A stretch of DNA of 59,120 bases from a virus (lineage: Duplodnaviria > Caudoviricetes). This document shows positions 28,226 through 37,616 of the stretch, piece by piece; the stretch's first letter is position 1, and each line of letters starts with the position of its first letter. The translations under genes and the position numbers were made by a program. Location of the stretch: positions 1-59,120 of IMG/VR virus record IMGVR_UViG_3300023180_000059, one strand, 5' to 3'. The notes below the pieces were generated by a model. That model was not told the origin of the DNA. It made no database searches and saw only the letters and a list, made by a program, of their open reading frames with translations.

Positions 28226-30075
28226 AAACTAAATCCATCTTCAAGGCTCATCTTGGGGACATCGTATTTCTTGTAGTCCTCTAGGCGTTGTGAGATAGGC
28301 TCGAATAATTTTCTTCTATCTGCACCTTGCACAACATAGAACCCTGTCTTTTGATTGTTGATTTCAAATTCAATAGGAGAAGATAGGGGGGTGGGCTGAC
28401 CCCCCGTCTCCGTCACACGAACCTTACGAACATGTAGTTCCGTAGTTCTTCTAGTGATCGGGTCTTCTGCCTGTACCTTTCTATGTATGGTTAAGAATCC
28501 GCTACATCTATTCACCCACTTACCACCATGCTCACTATCCTCTGCGTAAGGAGCGATAGGTAGACCCATTGCATCCTTTCTTCTTTGCGCCTCCGTAACG
28601 GCATGGGTGTTTAGCCATACGGCGATCTCGTTGTTGTTTGCAAAGTTGAGCAGTTCACTTGCTGCCTCGTAATGATATTCGTGAATGCCTATCTTATTCT
28701 CTGATCCTATTTGAATCTTGAGACTATTATATGGGTCGATGAACAAAGCATCTACCCCACCTTGCTTCATGCACTTCTCCGTGAAGATAAGTATGTCGGT
28801 ATACGAATACATGTCTCGGTTACCATATATAATGAAGTGGTCTTTGACCCATTCGTATGCATGTTTCCTTTGTTGGTATGTCATCTGGGCGATAGGTCTA
28901 TCAACCGCAAACTCCATGAGCTTCATCTTCACGGAAGCCGTAGTGTTCTCGGAACTATACACACACCATTTCCATCCGTGTTGAATAGCACTGTTCACCA
29001 TGAGGAACAAACAAAAGGTTGTCTTTCCTACATTGCTGTGACCATTTAAGATGACAAACTCTTTTTTGTATCTAAAGTATTCATCGAGGTGTGGGTCTCC
29101 TAGTGATAGACCTATCTCAATATTACCCTCGGCGTATGCGTTAATCCATTTGAAGTCATCCGAGTCCGAAGAGATAAAAGAGTAGTCACCATCATCAACA
29201 TCTGACTTACGCTTGGACATTTTCTCAAGTGCAATAACCTCGTTGATAGGTAGACCCTTACCATACTCGATGCCGATGCGGATGGTTTCTCTCGCCGTTT
29301 CTATCGAGTTGATATCTCTCTTGCTAATCTCTCTTTCTAGAACATGTATAGCCTCATCCTCTTCCATCCGACCTGCTGCGATGTAGCCACCACACAATCG
29401 TGAGGCACGGAGCAGTACATTATGCTTCTCACCATCGAGAGCATTTGCAATCATTGTTGCTACGAGGTTGAACTTTACATAGTCCGTTATAGGTTTTCTT
29501 TCAATGGGCTTCTCGTTCTTCTTTTCTTTAAGTGCCTCATCCGTATAAAAACTTCCGAATCTTTTGACATCATCGTTAACGATCAGGTCCGGGTCATAAC
29601 TTTCGTAACACGCTCTTGATTCATTCTTGCCCGTAGGGTCTACCTCCAACCCATAGGTCTTATCGAAATACTTTTCGAGCGCATTGAAATGGTCACGATG
29701 TCTTTCGGGATTTGTGACTGGAACAAGAGCTTTGATTCCGTCTCCACTTGGAGACACCCAACATGCATAGACATGCTGATCGGTGGCTATGACCCCCTTG
29801 TTTTTTTCAATATCAATATGATCGAAGTCTAAACATATAAATCCACTATGCTCGACCAATCCATTGTCCTTGCGTATAGTAAACACACCGCTCCACAATA
29901 CACATGGTAGTTGGTTTTTTAATTCAGACTTCTTCTTACCATCATCCGTCTTGCGAATCTCCTCGATGAGTTCCTTGCTCTTCCCTTGTTGTATTCGCTG
30001 TAGTGCTACGGAAATATCTTTGTGAAATGGCTGATCCTTCTGATATATGTTCTGGTATATTGTTACTTCCTTCAT
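28222..30075 (-). CDS. Primase-helicase (VirE-N/BT4734-like primase plus DnaB-like ATPase)
   Basis: SGFICLDFDH, WVSPSGDGIK; Walker A GHSNVGKT; Walker B LFIDPYN. Confidence 0.8.
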   Translation of the reverse strand: MKEVTIYQNIYQKDQPFHKDISVALQRIQQGKSKELIEEIRKTDDGKKKSELKNQLPCVLWSGVFTIRKDNGLVEHSGFICLDFDHIDIEKNKGVIATDQHVYACWVSPSGDGIKALVPVTNPERHRDHFNALEKYFDKTYGLEVDPTGKNESRACYESYDPDLIVNDDVKRFGSFYTDEALKEKKNEKPIERKPITDYVKFNLVATMIANALDGEKHNVLLRASRLCGGYIAAGRMEEDEAIHVLEREISKRDINSIETARETIRIGIEYGKGLPINEVIALEKMSKRKSDVDDGDYSFISSDSDDFKWINAYAEGNIEIGLSLGDPHLDEYFRYKKEFVILNGHSNVGKTTFCLFLMVNSAIQHGWKWCVYSSENTTASVKMKLMEFAVDRPIAQMTYQQRKHAYEWVKDHFIIYGNRDMYSYTDILIFTEKCMKQGGVDALFIDPYNSLKIQIGSENKIGIHEYHYEAASELLNFANNNEIAVWLNTHAVTEAQRRKDAMGLPIAPYAEDSEHGGKWVNRCSGFLTIHRKVQAEDPITRRTTELHVRKVRVTETGGQPTPLSSPIEFEINNQKTGFYVVQGADRRKLFEPISQRLEDYKKYDVPKMSLEDGFSL

Positions 30076-30322
30076 GGTGTTCTAGATATAGTTGGTGATT
30101 TAATTCTCTTTTTAGATGTACGATTGCCTTGATAATGTCTTGACTCATGGGGTTGCCGGGTTTTTTCCCCGCCCTCATTATATATGTCAAGGCAGTACCT
30201 AGGTTGTAGTTGTCTTGTTGAAAGTCTAGCACCACATCCATCGCTTCTATCTTTTTGTGCTTCCCTATATAATAAGAAGGCACATCCTTTAAATTATAAT
30301 CCACAGTATCCACTATCACATT
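29942..30322 (-). CDS. DUF3310-like protein
   Basis: PSYY...EAMDVV...NLGTALTYIMRAGKK...DIIKAIVHL; start uncertain. Confidence 0.7.
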   Translation of the reverse strand, partial: NVIVDTVDYNLKDVPSYYIGKHKKIEAMDVVLDFQQDNYNLGTALTYIMRAGKKPGNPMSQDIIKAIVHLKRELNHQLYLEHHEGSNNIPEHISEGSAISQRYFRSTTANTTREEQGTHRGDSQDG

Positions 30323-31154
30323 CATTAAAATCTTCATCAAACAATTGGAACTGCATCTTAAAAGACTTGATATCTTCGTAACGAGTTCCTTTCTTAAACC
30401 TTGCCTTGTCGTTTTCTTGTCGTGCAAACCAATCGAACTTGTTTGGAGACTTTTCCGACATATGTTTCAAGAGCATCTCGTTCCTATGGAAGCAACCTAC
30501 ACAATTATTTAGATAAGCAAAGCGCACAGGCTTGTCTTTCCAATACGCCTCTATCTGATCCTTATATATGTTGTCATGGATCAGTGGGAAAGAACACACA
30601 CGATAAGGCATCTCCTTGTATCGATTACTTAAACCAGTCTTGCTCTTACCTATGATAAACTTTTCCCATTGGTATCCGTCCTCTTGATATCTATTCATCA
30701 TAGAGTTAGCTCGCTTCACTTCATTGGCTCTAAATCCAATACGCATATCCACGGGCAGTTCCATGTTCTCATAACACCATTGCTTGATTGGGTTTACCTT
30801 GAGCTCCGTAGTACAATAGCGTTGAGTTACATTCGGAAGGTATAAGTATTCTCCTCCAGTCTTCTTGTCGCCACGCACAATCACATCATCAAAGGTTGGT
30901 CCAGTTAGCCAATGAATCTCTTGACCAATGAACTGCTCAAGATCGAGTATGGTGTATATGATTTCATCTTGTTCTAAAGTCCCAATGAATTCTTGTCCTA
31001 GTTTGTCGCTCACTAATTGGCGAACCTTTGGATCGGGGAACATGCATTCCTTATCGCTAGTACGAACAAGAGCAAACACATTGTAATCCGCCGGGTAATG
31101 CACGGCTATATATGATGAGGTCTTACCCCCACTTAATGAGTTCACTGTCTTCAT
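30294..31154 (-). CDS. PAPS reductase/DndC-like PP-loop protein
   Basis: SLSGGKTS PP-loop, RYCTTELK, IGFRANEVKR, NCVGCF, C-terminal CDSGYCG. Confidence 0.75.
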   Translation of the reverse strand: MKTVNSLSGGKTSSYIAVHYPADYNVFALVRTSDKECMFPDPKVRQLVSDKLGQEFIGTLEQDEIIYTILDLEQFIGQEIHWLTGPTFDDVIVRGDKKTGGEYLYLPNVTQRYCTTELKVNPIKQWCYENMELPVDMRIGFRANEVKRANSMMNRYQEDGYQWEKFIIGKSKTGLSNRYKEMPYRVCSFPLIHDNIYKDQIEAYWKDKPVRFAYLNNCVGCFHRNEMLLKHMSEKSPNKFDWFARQENDKARFKKGTRYEDIKSFKMQFQLFDEDFNECDSGYCGL

Positions 31155-32206
31155 CGGAATAAAGGTTTTATTTTTTCAGCAATGGCTTGAACGACATCGA
31201 CTGTCACGGCATTACCGCATTGCTTGTATCGTTGGGTCTTGCTAATCTCTTTTACCTCACCATCGAATACTCCATACAAGGTATGATTATCGGGGAAACC
31301 TTGCAACCTTTCACACTCTATCGGTGTAAGCCTACGGATTCTTCCGTACTTAACAAATTGATCAGTGTTACCACCGCTCCCTGTACTTCCGTGAATAGTA
31401 TTCGCTTCATCCTTTAGTGTGCGGTTGACTACCTCGCCATGCTTGTCCCGGCTATAGCCTACTACCTTGGGGTCTTTATAATCACGAGCCATGAGTGTTG
31501 GGCTGATCTCTTTAAAGCCTACTTCTCTAGGGGAGTAATTACTAACCTTTGGCGTTAGCATTTCTACGAGTTGCATTCCCGAGTGGAGGGAGGCTTGACC
31601 TCTTGCTGTAAGCGTTTTGCTAACGGGTCTTCCTGTGCATTCCACCTCTCCATCTTCGCCACTTGACTCGATGAGAGGAAATACTCCTCGCCAATCTCTT
31701 CGGGTTTCTGCAAGATATCCGACAAGGTACACTCTCTCACGATTTTGGGGTAAAAACCACGCAGTGTTGAGCAACTGCCATTCGCAGTCATAACCCCCAA
31801 TGTCGGCAAAGGCTTGGAGGATTCCCGCAAAATCTGCCCCAGCATTTGAGGAGAAAGTTCCTTTAACATTTTCCCAAATAAAAACTCGTGGTCTGCATTG
31901 TTTGATAAGCCGTATTGCTTCAAGGATAAGGCTTGAGCGTTCCCCACCCATCCCTTGTCGCTTCCCAGCAAGGCTAAAGTCTTGACATGGGCTTCCAAAA
32001 GTGATGAGGTCAATTCTTGGAAGGTCTCCTCCGTGAACATCTGTAACTGATCCGACATAAGTTGATGATTTAAATTGGTGTTGGTATACCGCAACGGCAT
32101 ACTTATCTATCTCTGAAAAGTAACTTGTTACTTCGTACCCGGCTTTCTCAAATCCTTTATGGAAGCCACCGATACCACTAAACAAGTCAAGTTGATTTAT
32201 CTTCAT
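31151..32206 (-). CDS. DNA (cytosine-5)-methyltransferase, alpha chain
   Basis: LDLFSGIGG (I), GSPCQDFS (IV), ENV (VI), QNRER (VIII), RRLTPIECERLQGFP (IX), YKQCGNAV (X). Confidence 0.9.
   Translation of the reverse strand: MKINQLDLFSGIGGFHKGFEKAGYEVTSYFSEIDKYAVAVYQHQFKSSTYVGSVTDVHGGDLPRIDLITFGSPCQDFSLAGKRQGMGGERSSLILEAIRLIKQCRPRVFIWENVKGTFSSNAGADFAGILQAFADIGGYDCEWQLLNTAWFLPQNRERVYLVGYLAETRRDWRGVFPLIESSGEDGEVECTGRPVSKTLTARGQASLHSGMQLVEMLTPKVSNYSPREVGFKEISPTLMARDYKDPKVVGYSRDKHGEVVNRTLKDEANTIHGSTGSGGNTDQFVKYGRIRRLTPIECERLQGFPDNHTLYGVFDGEVKEISKTQRYKQCGNAVTVDVVQAIAEKIKPLFR
31564..32058 (-). CDS. Nested alternative-frame ORF, putative methyltransferase beta subunit
   Basis: Open for 178 codons inside the MTase gene; carries ECTLSDILQ...EEYFLS; start uncertain (MSDQLQMF). 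Confidence 0.6.
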   Translation of the reverse strand: MSDQLQMFTEETFQELTSSLLEAHVKTLALLGSDKGWVGNAQALSLKQYGLSNNADHEFLFGKMLKELSPQMLGQILRESSKPLPTLGVMTANGSCSTLRGFYPKIVRECTLSDILQKPEEIGEEYFLSSSQVAKMERWNAQEDPLAKRLQQEVKPPSTRECNS

Positions 32207-32537
32207 GAGTAATATCAATCCTCTCTTTGTAAATTAACTTGGATGCAAGGCTTTCAAAGGTGTAGTTAGGAAGATCGTAGAGCTCCCGATATTTAAAGAG
32301 TATAAGGTTGTCACCTCTTTTATTCGGTATCACTATAATGGCGTAGTCAACATCGGACTTTTCCATTGTGAAATTTAATTCCGAATCCCTATGATTTTGA
32401 ACCTCTATCCAAAAACTATTTTTCTTTCCATCCTTGTCCGTATAAAAGAAGGGGGTCGAAAGTTTTTCGACCTTCAACCCCCAACACATAGCAATCACAA
32501 GGAATATCTTTTCCTTAAGATCAGAATGGTAGGTCAT
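32187..32537 (-). CDS. Hypothetical protein
   Basis: Start re-assigned to MTYHSDLKEK, which overlaps the upstream stop. Confidence 0.6.
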   Translation of the reverse strand: MTYHSDLKEKIFLVIAMCWGLKVEKLSTPFFYTDKDGKKNSFWIEVQNHRDSELNFTMEKSDVDYAIIVIPNKRGDNLILFKYRELYDLPNYTFESLASKLIYKERIDITHEDKST

Positions 32538-32799
32538 CAGCCACCGCTTCTTTCTTGTTATCGTTAGTGTACTCTTTGGTAGCCTCGCTATGAGGATTGT
32601 ATACACTAGCCATTGGCTTACCCGCACGGCTAAAGAACAGTGTTAGGTAAACATACCCCTTTTCAGTCTTGTACTTTTGCAAGTCTTCAAGGTGTGTTGC
32701 ACTTAAGGAAATACGCCAAGAACGAACCTCTCCGTTCTCGCCACGCTTGGGTTCATCAACGAACCCGATCAAGTCTGAATCATACTTTTTCTCTGACAT
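32521..32799 (-). CDS. Putative single-stranded DNA-binding protein
   Basis: Acidic DDLPF C-terminus; located in the recombination module. Confidence 0.7.
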   Translation of the reverse strand: MSEKKYDSDLIGFVDEPKRGENGEVRSWRISLSATHLEDLQKYKTEKGYVYLTLFFSRAGKPMASVYNPHSEATKEYTNDNKKEAVADDLPF

Positions 32800-32816
32800 G
32801 ACAATATAGATTTAAA

Positions 32817-33584
32817 TTAAACTTCAAATTCTGCGAAGAAAGTTTCGGTCGGCGCATCGCTATCGAGATAACTCATAATGCGGTCAATCGCCATCGTATA
32901 CTTCTTCTTTCCTCTCTCTATTGTTTCAGGCGTAGCCCGAACCAACGCTGGAAGATATGGATAAGTTTTCTCTTGTGCAACCCAAAAGTAATCATTGCCT
33001 GGGAAGACCGAGGTGTAGATATACGCTTGGATATCATAGCCAAAAGAAAAGACATCTCTACCAAAGGATTTCACTGATCTACAACTCTTGCTATCGGTAA
33101 TAAACCCTTCGCCCTTACAGTCTAGGAATCCACGAACAGGTATCTCATCGATAAAAGAATTGAATTCTACTTGGACTTCACCGGTGAGGTACGAGTCTTT
33201 CAACCCCGTCTCATCGAGTCTATTTATCATATCGATAGCCACCTGGAAATCCTCTTCGCTCACAATCTCAAGCCCCCGCTTTTTTGCTTCATCACTCATG
33301 TCTTGTTTCCATTTGCGATACTTTGCCGTAGCTCGTGGGGACTTGCCCCCAATCTCTTGAATGATATCGTAGTCATCAAAAGTAACAAACCGCTCATCGT
33401 ATTTCTCTGGTTCAAACAAAAGACAATCGTACACTGATCCAAAGGACAGTGCTTGAGATTCTTTCTTGAGTTGCCCCGCCATGTACATCTCCCATAGGCG
33501 CATGTCTTGGAGGGCATACTTAATAGAGGAGTAGGAAAGATATTCCTTCCCTACTTTATCTACTAGTTGATTAGCGAACTTCAT
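32817..33584 (-). CDS. RecE/exonuclease VIII-like PD-(D/E)XK nuclease (DUF3799-like)
   Basis: LSYSSIK, FGS, RGFLD, DSKS, GYDIQAYIY, WVAQEK. Confidence 0.8.
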   Translation of the reverse strand: MKFANQLVDKVGKEYLSYSSIKYALQDMRLWEMYMAGQLKKESQALSFGSVYDCLLFEPEKYDERFVTFDDYDIIQEIGGKSPRATAKYRKWKQDMSDEAKKRGLEIVSEEDFQVAIDMINRLDETGLKDSYLTGEVQVEFNSFIDEIPVRGFLDCKGEGFITDSKSCRSVKSFGRDVFSFGYDIQAYIYTSVFPGNDYFWVAQEKTYPYLPALVRATPETIERGKKKYTMAIDRIMSYLDSDAPTETFFAEFEV

Positions 33585-34114
33585 TACCCTACAAATTTTT
33601 GTAAGGCTTCTTTTTGCTTCTCGGTAAACGAGTCGCCATACTTACCTATGATTCGATCGAAAGCTCCGCTTTTGTCTTTAGACTTTTTGATGTATTCAAC
33701 GGCATCCTTAAACACATTCTTCTTTGATGTCCCGCTCTCACTAGTTGGGGCACTCTCTTGTTTAGCAATAGCCATTGACACCTCATTGCTTGAGGCAATA
33801 GATGACTCAATACCAATGCCTAGGTTAGCCAATGCACGACCCCATGCCGAGGTCTCACAGTTTTCTACATAAGAAGTCTTATTGATATGGCTACTAGTTC
33901 TATCCTCTTGGGCGAATCCAGTAGCAACGACTGATCCTTTGTCGTTCGTGATAACCGCTCTGATCACACAAGAATCATTGTCCAAGTGAATCATTTCGGT
34001 TTCAAGAGACCACCCCTTGTATTCAGGTGCGGTGCGAAAATAAAGGATACGCTGATTTACCTCAACATATTCCTTACCACGGATGTTCGTGGTTTTGAAT
34101 TGGTGTTTTACCAT
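33584..34114 (-). CDS. Putative single-strand annealing protein
   Basis: GKEYVEVNQRI...ENCETSAWGRAL; lies beside the exonuclease and SSB. Confidence 0.7.
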   Translation of the reverse strand: MVKHQFKTTNIRGKEYVEVNQRILYFRTAPEYKGWSLETEMIHLDNDSCVIRAVITNDKGSVVATGFAQEDRTSSHINKTSYVENCETSAWGRALANLGIGIESSIASSNEVSMAIAKQESAPTSESGTSKKNVFKDAVEYIKKSKDKSGAFDRIIGKYGDSFTEKQKEALQKFVG

Positions 34115-34141
34115 AGTTATTGAATTTAATTATTATGCAAT

Positions 34142-34303
34142 TTACTTTAATCCAGGGTCTTGTGCAAGTCTCTCTAGTTCCCTATAGATAGCCGATAGAC
34201 TGTATACTAAATAGTTTAGTTGCTCATCTCCGGCTCTCACTAATTTATCTTGGAGTTCTCTTTCAACCATCTCAAGATGGATTTTGATCTCATCTATATC
34301 CAT
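34142..34303 (-). CDS. Small hypothetical protein (53 aa)
   Basis: Manual translation MDIDEIKIHLEMVERELQDKL...QDPGLK*; fills the operon gap. Confidence 0.55.
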   Translation of the reverse strand: MDIDEIKIHLEMVERELQDKLVRAGDEQLNYLVYSLSAIYRELERLAQDPGLK

Positions 34304-34305
34304 GG

Positions 34306-34677
34306 CTACATCTTTATTGTTATGACATCTCCTTCACAAATCTCTCCTAGGAGGACTGCCTCTCTAATTTCATCTAGTTTTTCTATGGTTCTTTGGATAC
34401 GCACGGAATCTCGTTTGCCTCGTATAATTCGTTGGGCTTTCTTTCTATCCGTTATATAGATTTCTCCTAGATCAGTAACCTTATAAACTCCCCTCGACTT
34501 TTTCTCCAACAGTCCATTCTCCACGAGCCTGGAAATATTGGAGGAGTAGTACCCCTTGAGCTTTGTTACATTAGAGCCGTTAACCGCTCTAACATATGAT
34601 TGGATTTGAATTAATTGTTCTGGTTCCTCGTTCTTTACGAATTCTAGAATTTTTTGGGTGAGGTTCTTACTCGCCAT
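34306..34677 (-). CDS. Winged-helix DNA-binding protein
   Basis: ISRLVENGLLEKKSRGVYKVTDLG wing motif. Confidence 0.65.
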   Translation of the reverse strand: MASKNLTQKILEFVKNEEPEQLIQIQSYVRAVNGSNVTKLKGYYSSNISRLVENGLLEKKSRGVYKVTDLGEIYITDRKKAQRIIRGKRDSVRIQRTIEKLDEIREAVLLGEICEGDVITIKM

Positions 34678-34849
34678 ACACTCTCTCTTTTAAGTTAATT
34701 AATACTTGCTTCACCGCTCTCATCTTATCGATGTAGAGGGTATTCTCTCTCATAGAAAACATGAAACAAGCATCATCCAAATAGGCTAACGCTTGTTCCA
34801 ATTCCTTACGCTCTTGATCAGTCATACTAGTACTCATCAATTTCGACAT
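34667..34849 (-). CDS. Hypothetical protein
   Basis: Overlapping ORF in the operon. Confidence 0.55.
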   Translation of the reverse strand: MSKLMSTSMTDQERKELEQALAYLDDACFMFSMRENTLYIDKMRAVKQVLINLKERVYGE

Positions 34850-35036
34850 CCTCGTCCGTTAACTCAACGAACTCGTTGCCGTATTCCACAATCTCGTACT
34901 CGCCGATGCTCACCATGTCATGGAAGAACTCCTCGGACTCAAAAAGGTCTATGTCAACACGACCTCTTACTCGTACTTTTACTACCGCCTCTACATATGC
35001 GTGAGCGGTTCTTATTTCTCTATACTCTCTACTCAT
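34827..35036 (-). CDS. Acidic hypothetical protein
   Basis: Start MSREYREIR overlaps the previous stop. Confidence 0.55.
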   Translation of the reverse strand: MSREYREIRTAHAYVEAVVKVRVRGRVDIDLFESEEFFHDMVSIGEYEIVEYGNEFVELTDEDVEIDEY

Positions 35037-35839
35037 ACTATGTGGTTTAAACATTCTACACAAAATCCAAACTTATCGGTATCGTGGGTATTGACATGAC
35101 CACAGTCCTCACACTCGATATCTTCCGGTCCTTCGGTGTTGGAGATTTCCTCCATGCGCTCCGATGTTAGTTCATCATCGTATCCTATAGGATCAGCATC
35201 ATTGTCTATTTCCTCAAAGGCGTTTCTTACTAGTGAGTAGTTGAAGATATCAAAGATGCTATCGGTCTCTCCATCAAGAACAAACCATCCATCTCCATTA
35301 CGAACTTCCTCATCTAATTCCCAATCGGTGTAGTAAACAAAGTCTATTTCAAACGCTAGTTTTAGCAAGTCTTCATCACTCTCTTTGTTATTCAAGGCTC
35401 TATCTAGACATTGAGTAAATTCCTCAAAATCTTCTTCTATTTGAATTTGGTTAGGCTGGGTAAATTTTTGCGCCCAATGTAATATGGACTCTCTATCCTT
35501 TCTACATTCGGCAAGTGTATCTTTCTCTTCCTTGGTGTAGAAATTACCATCGCCCCACAACCAACCTTCATTCATTGGTTTGCTTGTTGCACTACAAACA
35601 CGAGCTCCGGTGTCTAGGACTTCCTTGATATCGCTTTGAGAAATGGTTAGTTCGAAAGGGTCACTATTTCGGTACACGAGGTCTGGGAATCTCTTGAAGT
35701 GAACTCGGTAGATTGTTTCGTGCCCTAGTCTAGGGTTGTGTCCCAAGATAATCCCGATCCCTTGACCATCTTTCTCGGTGTCCCAAATCTTGAACTTGAC
35801 AACTGTGCCGACTGGTATCGGCTGATTTTCTTTTAACAT
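35033..35839 (-). CDS. Hypothetical multi-domain protein with C-terminal Zn ribbon
   Basis: SH3-like start; CEDC...CVEC at the end. Confidence 0.65.
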   Translation of the reverse strand: MLKENQPIPVGTVVKFKIWDTEKDGQGIGIILGHNPRLGHETIYRVHFKRFPDLVYRNSDPFELTISQSDIKEVLDTGARVCSATSKPMNEGWLWGDGNFYTKEEKDTLAECRKDRESILHWAQKFTQPNQIQIEEDFEEFTQCLDRALNNKESDEDLLKLAFEIDFVYYTDWELDEEVRNGDGWFVLDGETDSIFDIFNYSLVRNAFEEIDNDADPIGYDDELTSERMEEISNTEGPEDIECEDCGHVNTHDTDKFGFCVECLNHIV

Positions 35840-36144
35840 GACAAATAAATTTTAGTTAGTGCGATAAATGTAAAGAGGATATTTTTAATGTGCAACACCT
35901 AGGATAACTTTTTAACCCTCTCTCTCTCACTATATATATGTGTGTACCATATTGGTACACCTGCAAACATGCGTTTAGGATTAACTAAAACACCTGGATT
36001 CCAGGTGGTTGGACACCGATGATTCAAGTGATAATTTAACTCAAATGTGGTTGGACACAAGTCTATTTGTATTTTTTTTCGCTCTTCATGTTGTATAGTG
36101 GGATATTTTATTTAGATTTACCTCACTAACTAAAATCCTATATT

Positions 36145-36492
36145 ATGAGTAAGATCAGTCAAATTGCCCTCCGTTTGCTTCAAGAAGCCGTAGTCACTAG
36201 AGGGACAAGTGAAGTAATGGAAGCCATGTACAATAACAAGCATTTCTTCCACACAGTAGTTGATACCTACAACATCAACAATAGTTTAAGCACAACTCAA
36301 TTGCTTGATGCAATTAACGACTACTACGATTTCAATGAGTTCGGAGGACTTACCGAAGATTCCACTCAAGAGATGATGGAGACCCTCATGCCTAGATATG
36401 TTCAATCCATATTCGAGATAGATGTACAAAGTGGTATCCTTGATGAATCCGTAAAACTCCTCACACTCTTTATTGAAGGCGATGAAGAATAA
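36145..36492 (+). CDS. Acidic hypothetical protein (inverted orientation)
   Basis: 115-aa ORF followed by a terminator. Confidence 0.65.
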   Translation: MSKISQIALRLLQEAVVTRGTSEVMEAMYNNKHFFHTVVDTYNINNSLSTTQLLDAINDYYDFNEFGGLTEDSTQEMMETLMPRYVQSIFEIDVQSGILDESVKLLTLFIEGDEE

Positions 36493-36497
36493 AAGAT

Positions 36498-36527
36498 AAG
36501 CCTCACCAATCGGTGGGGCTTTTTCTT
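36498..36527 (+). terminator. Rho-independent terminator
   Basis: aagcctcacc-aatc-ggtggggctt plus T tract. Confidence 0.75.
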
Positions 36528-36528
36528 T

Positions 36529-36550
36529 CTCTCTCTCTCTCTCTCTCTCT
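36529..36550. repeat. (CT)11 microsatellite
   Basis: Read directly from the sequence. Confidence 0.9.
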
Positions 36551-36780
36551 TATAGACAATATAGGGGGTTTTGAGGGAGATTTTTTTTGAAGCTCGAGAT
36601 CGTGCAAAAAGTACAGTTCCAGGGGCGATTGCCTCGATTCCAAATGGAGGTTGAAACACACCTCAATTTCAAGATTAAGAGCGGAGCAAAAACACCTCCC
36701 CATGAAGGGCGAAAAACCGCCCAAGGACTTTCCATGTGAATCTTGATTTCGCCAAATTTCCACCGATCAGGCGCACACAT

Positions 36781-36818
36781 GGGCATAAAAAAACCCCCAT
36801 CGATTTCTCGATGAGGGT
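36781..36818 (-). terminator. Rho-independent terminator (related to 37775-37807)
   Basis: Minus strand accctcatcgag-aaa-tcgatgggggt plus T tract and atgccc. Confidence 0.8.
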
Positions 36819-36832
36819 CTAGTTTTGAACTC

Positions 36833-37516
36833 TTATTGAAGCACCTTACCTCGTGTAAATAAGTAAGGCAATTCTTGTACAAGGTTGACTACATTTTGGC
36901 GATTGTTCATCGCAATCATGATATCCAAAAGTTCACTTTGAATCTCGAATAGTGCATCTTGGTCATGTACCATATCACAAGAATATAGATTGTACTTATG
37001 CTCCAATTCAACCATTCGTTCTAGCAATCTTCCGAATACAAAATTGTCGTTGTAAGTATTCGATTGATTTGCTCTTTTGATACCAATCTTGTAGCCTTCG
37101 TACTTTGCTTTTTGGATAGCAAGTTGCTCCTTTCTTACCTTCTTGTACTCCTTTGGTTCATCCAAATATTGGAGACCAAGTTTCGTGATTTTCACACCTT
37201 CTCGATTGTAAGTAATGAGACCTCTATCCTTGTAAGATTTGAAGTTAGTATCGTAGTGACCGCTCATGTTAGATGGTAGTTTAGGTAGTAACCCTTTTAC
37301 CTCTAATGAAGCCACATATCTAGCGATGTCGTGATGGATGTAATTTACAGTACTCGTTGGTACTCCATTTGCAATCATCTTCAACATCAAATCCGACTTC
37401 TTCTCTTCATTCTTGCCGTTCAAGATTGCAATCATCTTCATGGTTGTTTTCTTACCATTGAAGCCTTGTGCGTTCATTACTTTCAAGTAAGTGAATAGTT
37501 CATTAATCGTTTTCAT
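36833..37516 (-). CDS. Early protein with a winged-helix-like segment
   Basis: GHYDTNFKSYKDRGLITYNREGVKITKLG resembles the 34306 protein; has its own promoter and terminator. Confidence 0.7.
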   Translation of the reverse strand: MKTINELFTYLKVMNAQGFNGKKTTMKMIAILNGKNEEKKSDLMLKMIANGVPTSTVNYIHHDIARYVASLEVKGLLPKLPSNMSGHYDTNFKSYKDRGLITYNREGVKITKLGLQYLDEPKEYKKVRKEQLAIQKAKYEGYKIGIKRANQSNTYNDNFVFGRLLERMVELEHKYNLYSCDMVHDQDALFEIQSELLDIMIAMNNRQNVVNLVQELPYLFTRGKVLQ

Positions 37517-37572
37517 AACAATAAAGATTTGTGCCCCTCCTAGGAGGAGCGGTTAGATTTAGTTGTGCCCAC

Positions 37573-37616
37573 ATGTCAAAGAACTCGACCGCCGAAGCGA
37601 TACCCCAATATAGCAC
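37573..37616 (-). promoter_or_regulatory. Extended -10-like promoter, hairpin and boxA-like GTTCTTTGACAT
   Basis: GTGCTATATT, cgc-ttcg-gcg hairpin, GTTCTTTGACATGTGGGCA; repeated at 38875-38925. Confidence 0.6.

Noticed and set aside
30294-31154. cysH as a sulfur-assimilation auxiliary metabolic gene
   Set aside because: Context is DNA methylation/replication with no other cys genes; the motifs fit the divergent phage PP-loop family
36402-36882. Minus-strand ORFs of 85-110 aa across 36.4-36.9 kb
   Set aside because: They run through terminators and the (CT)n tract (ERERER), so they are likely spurious
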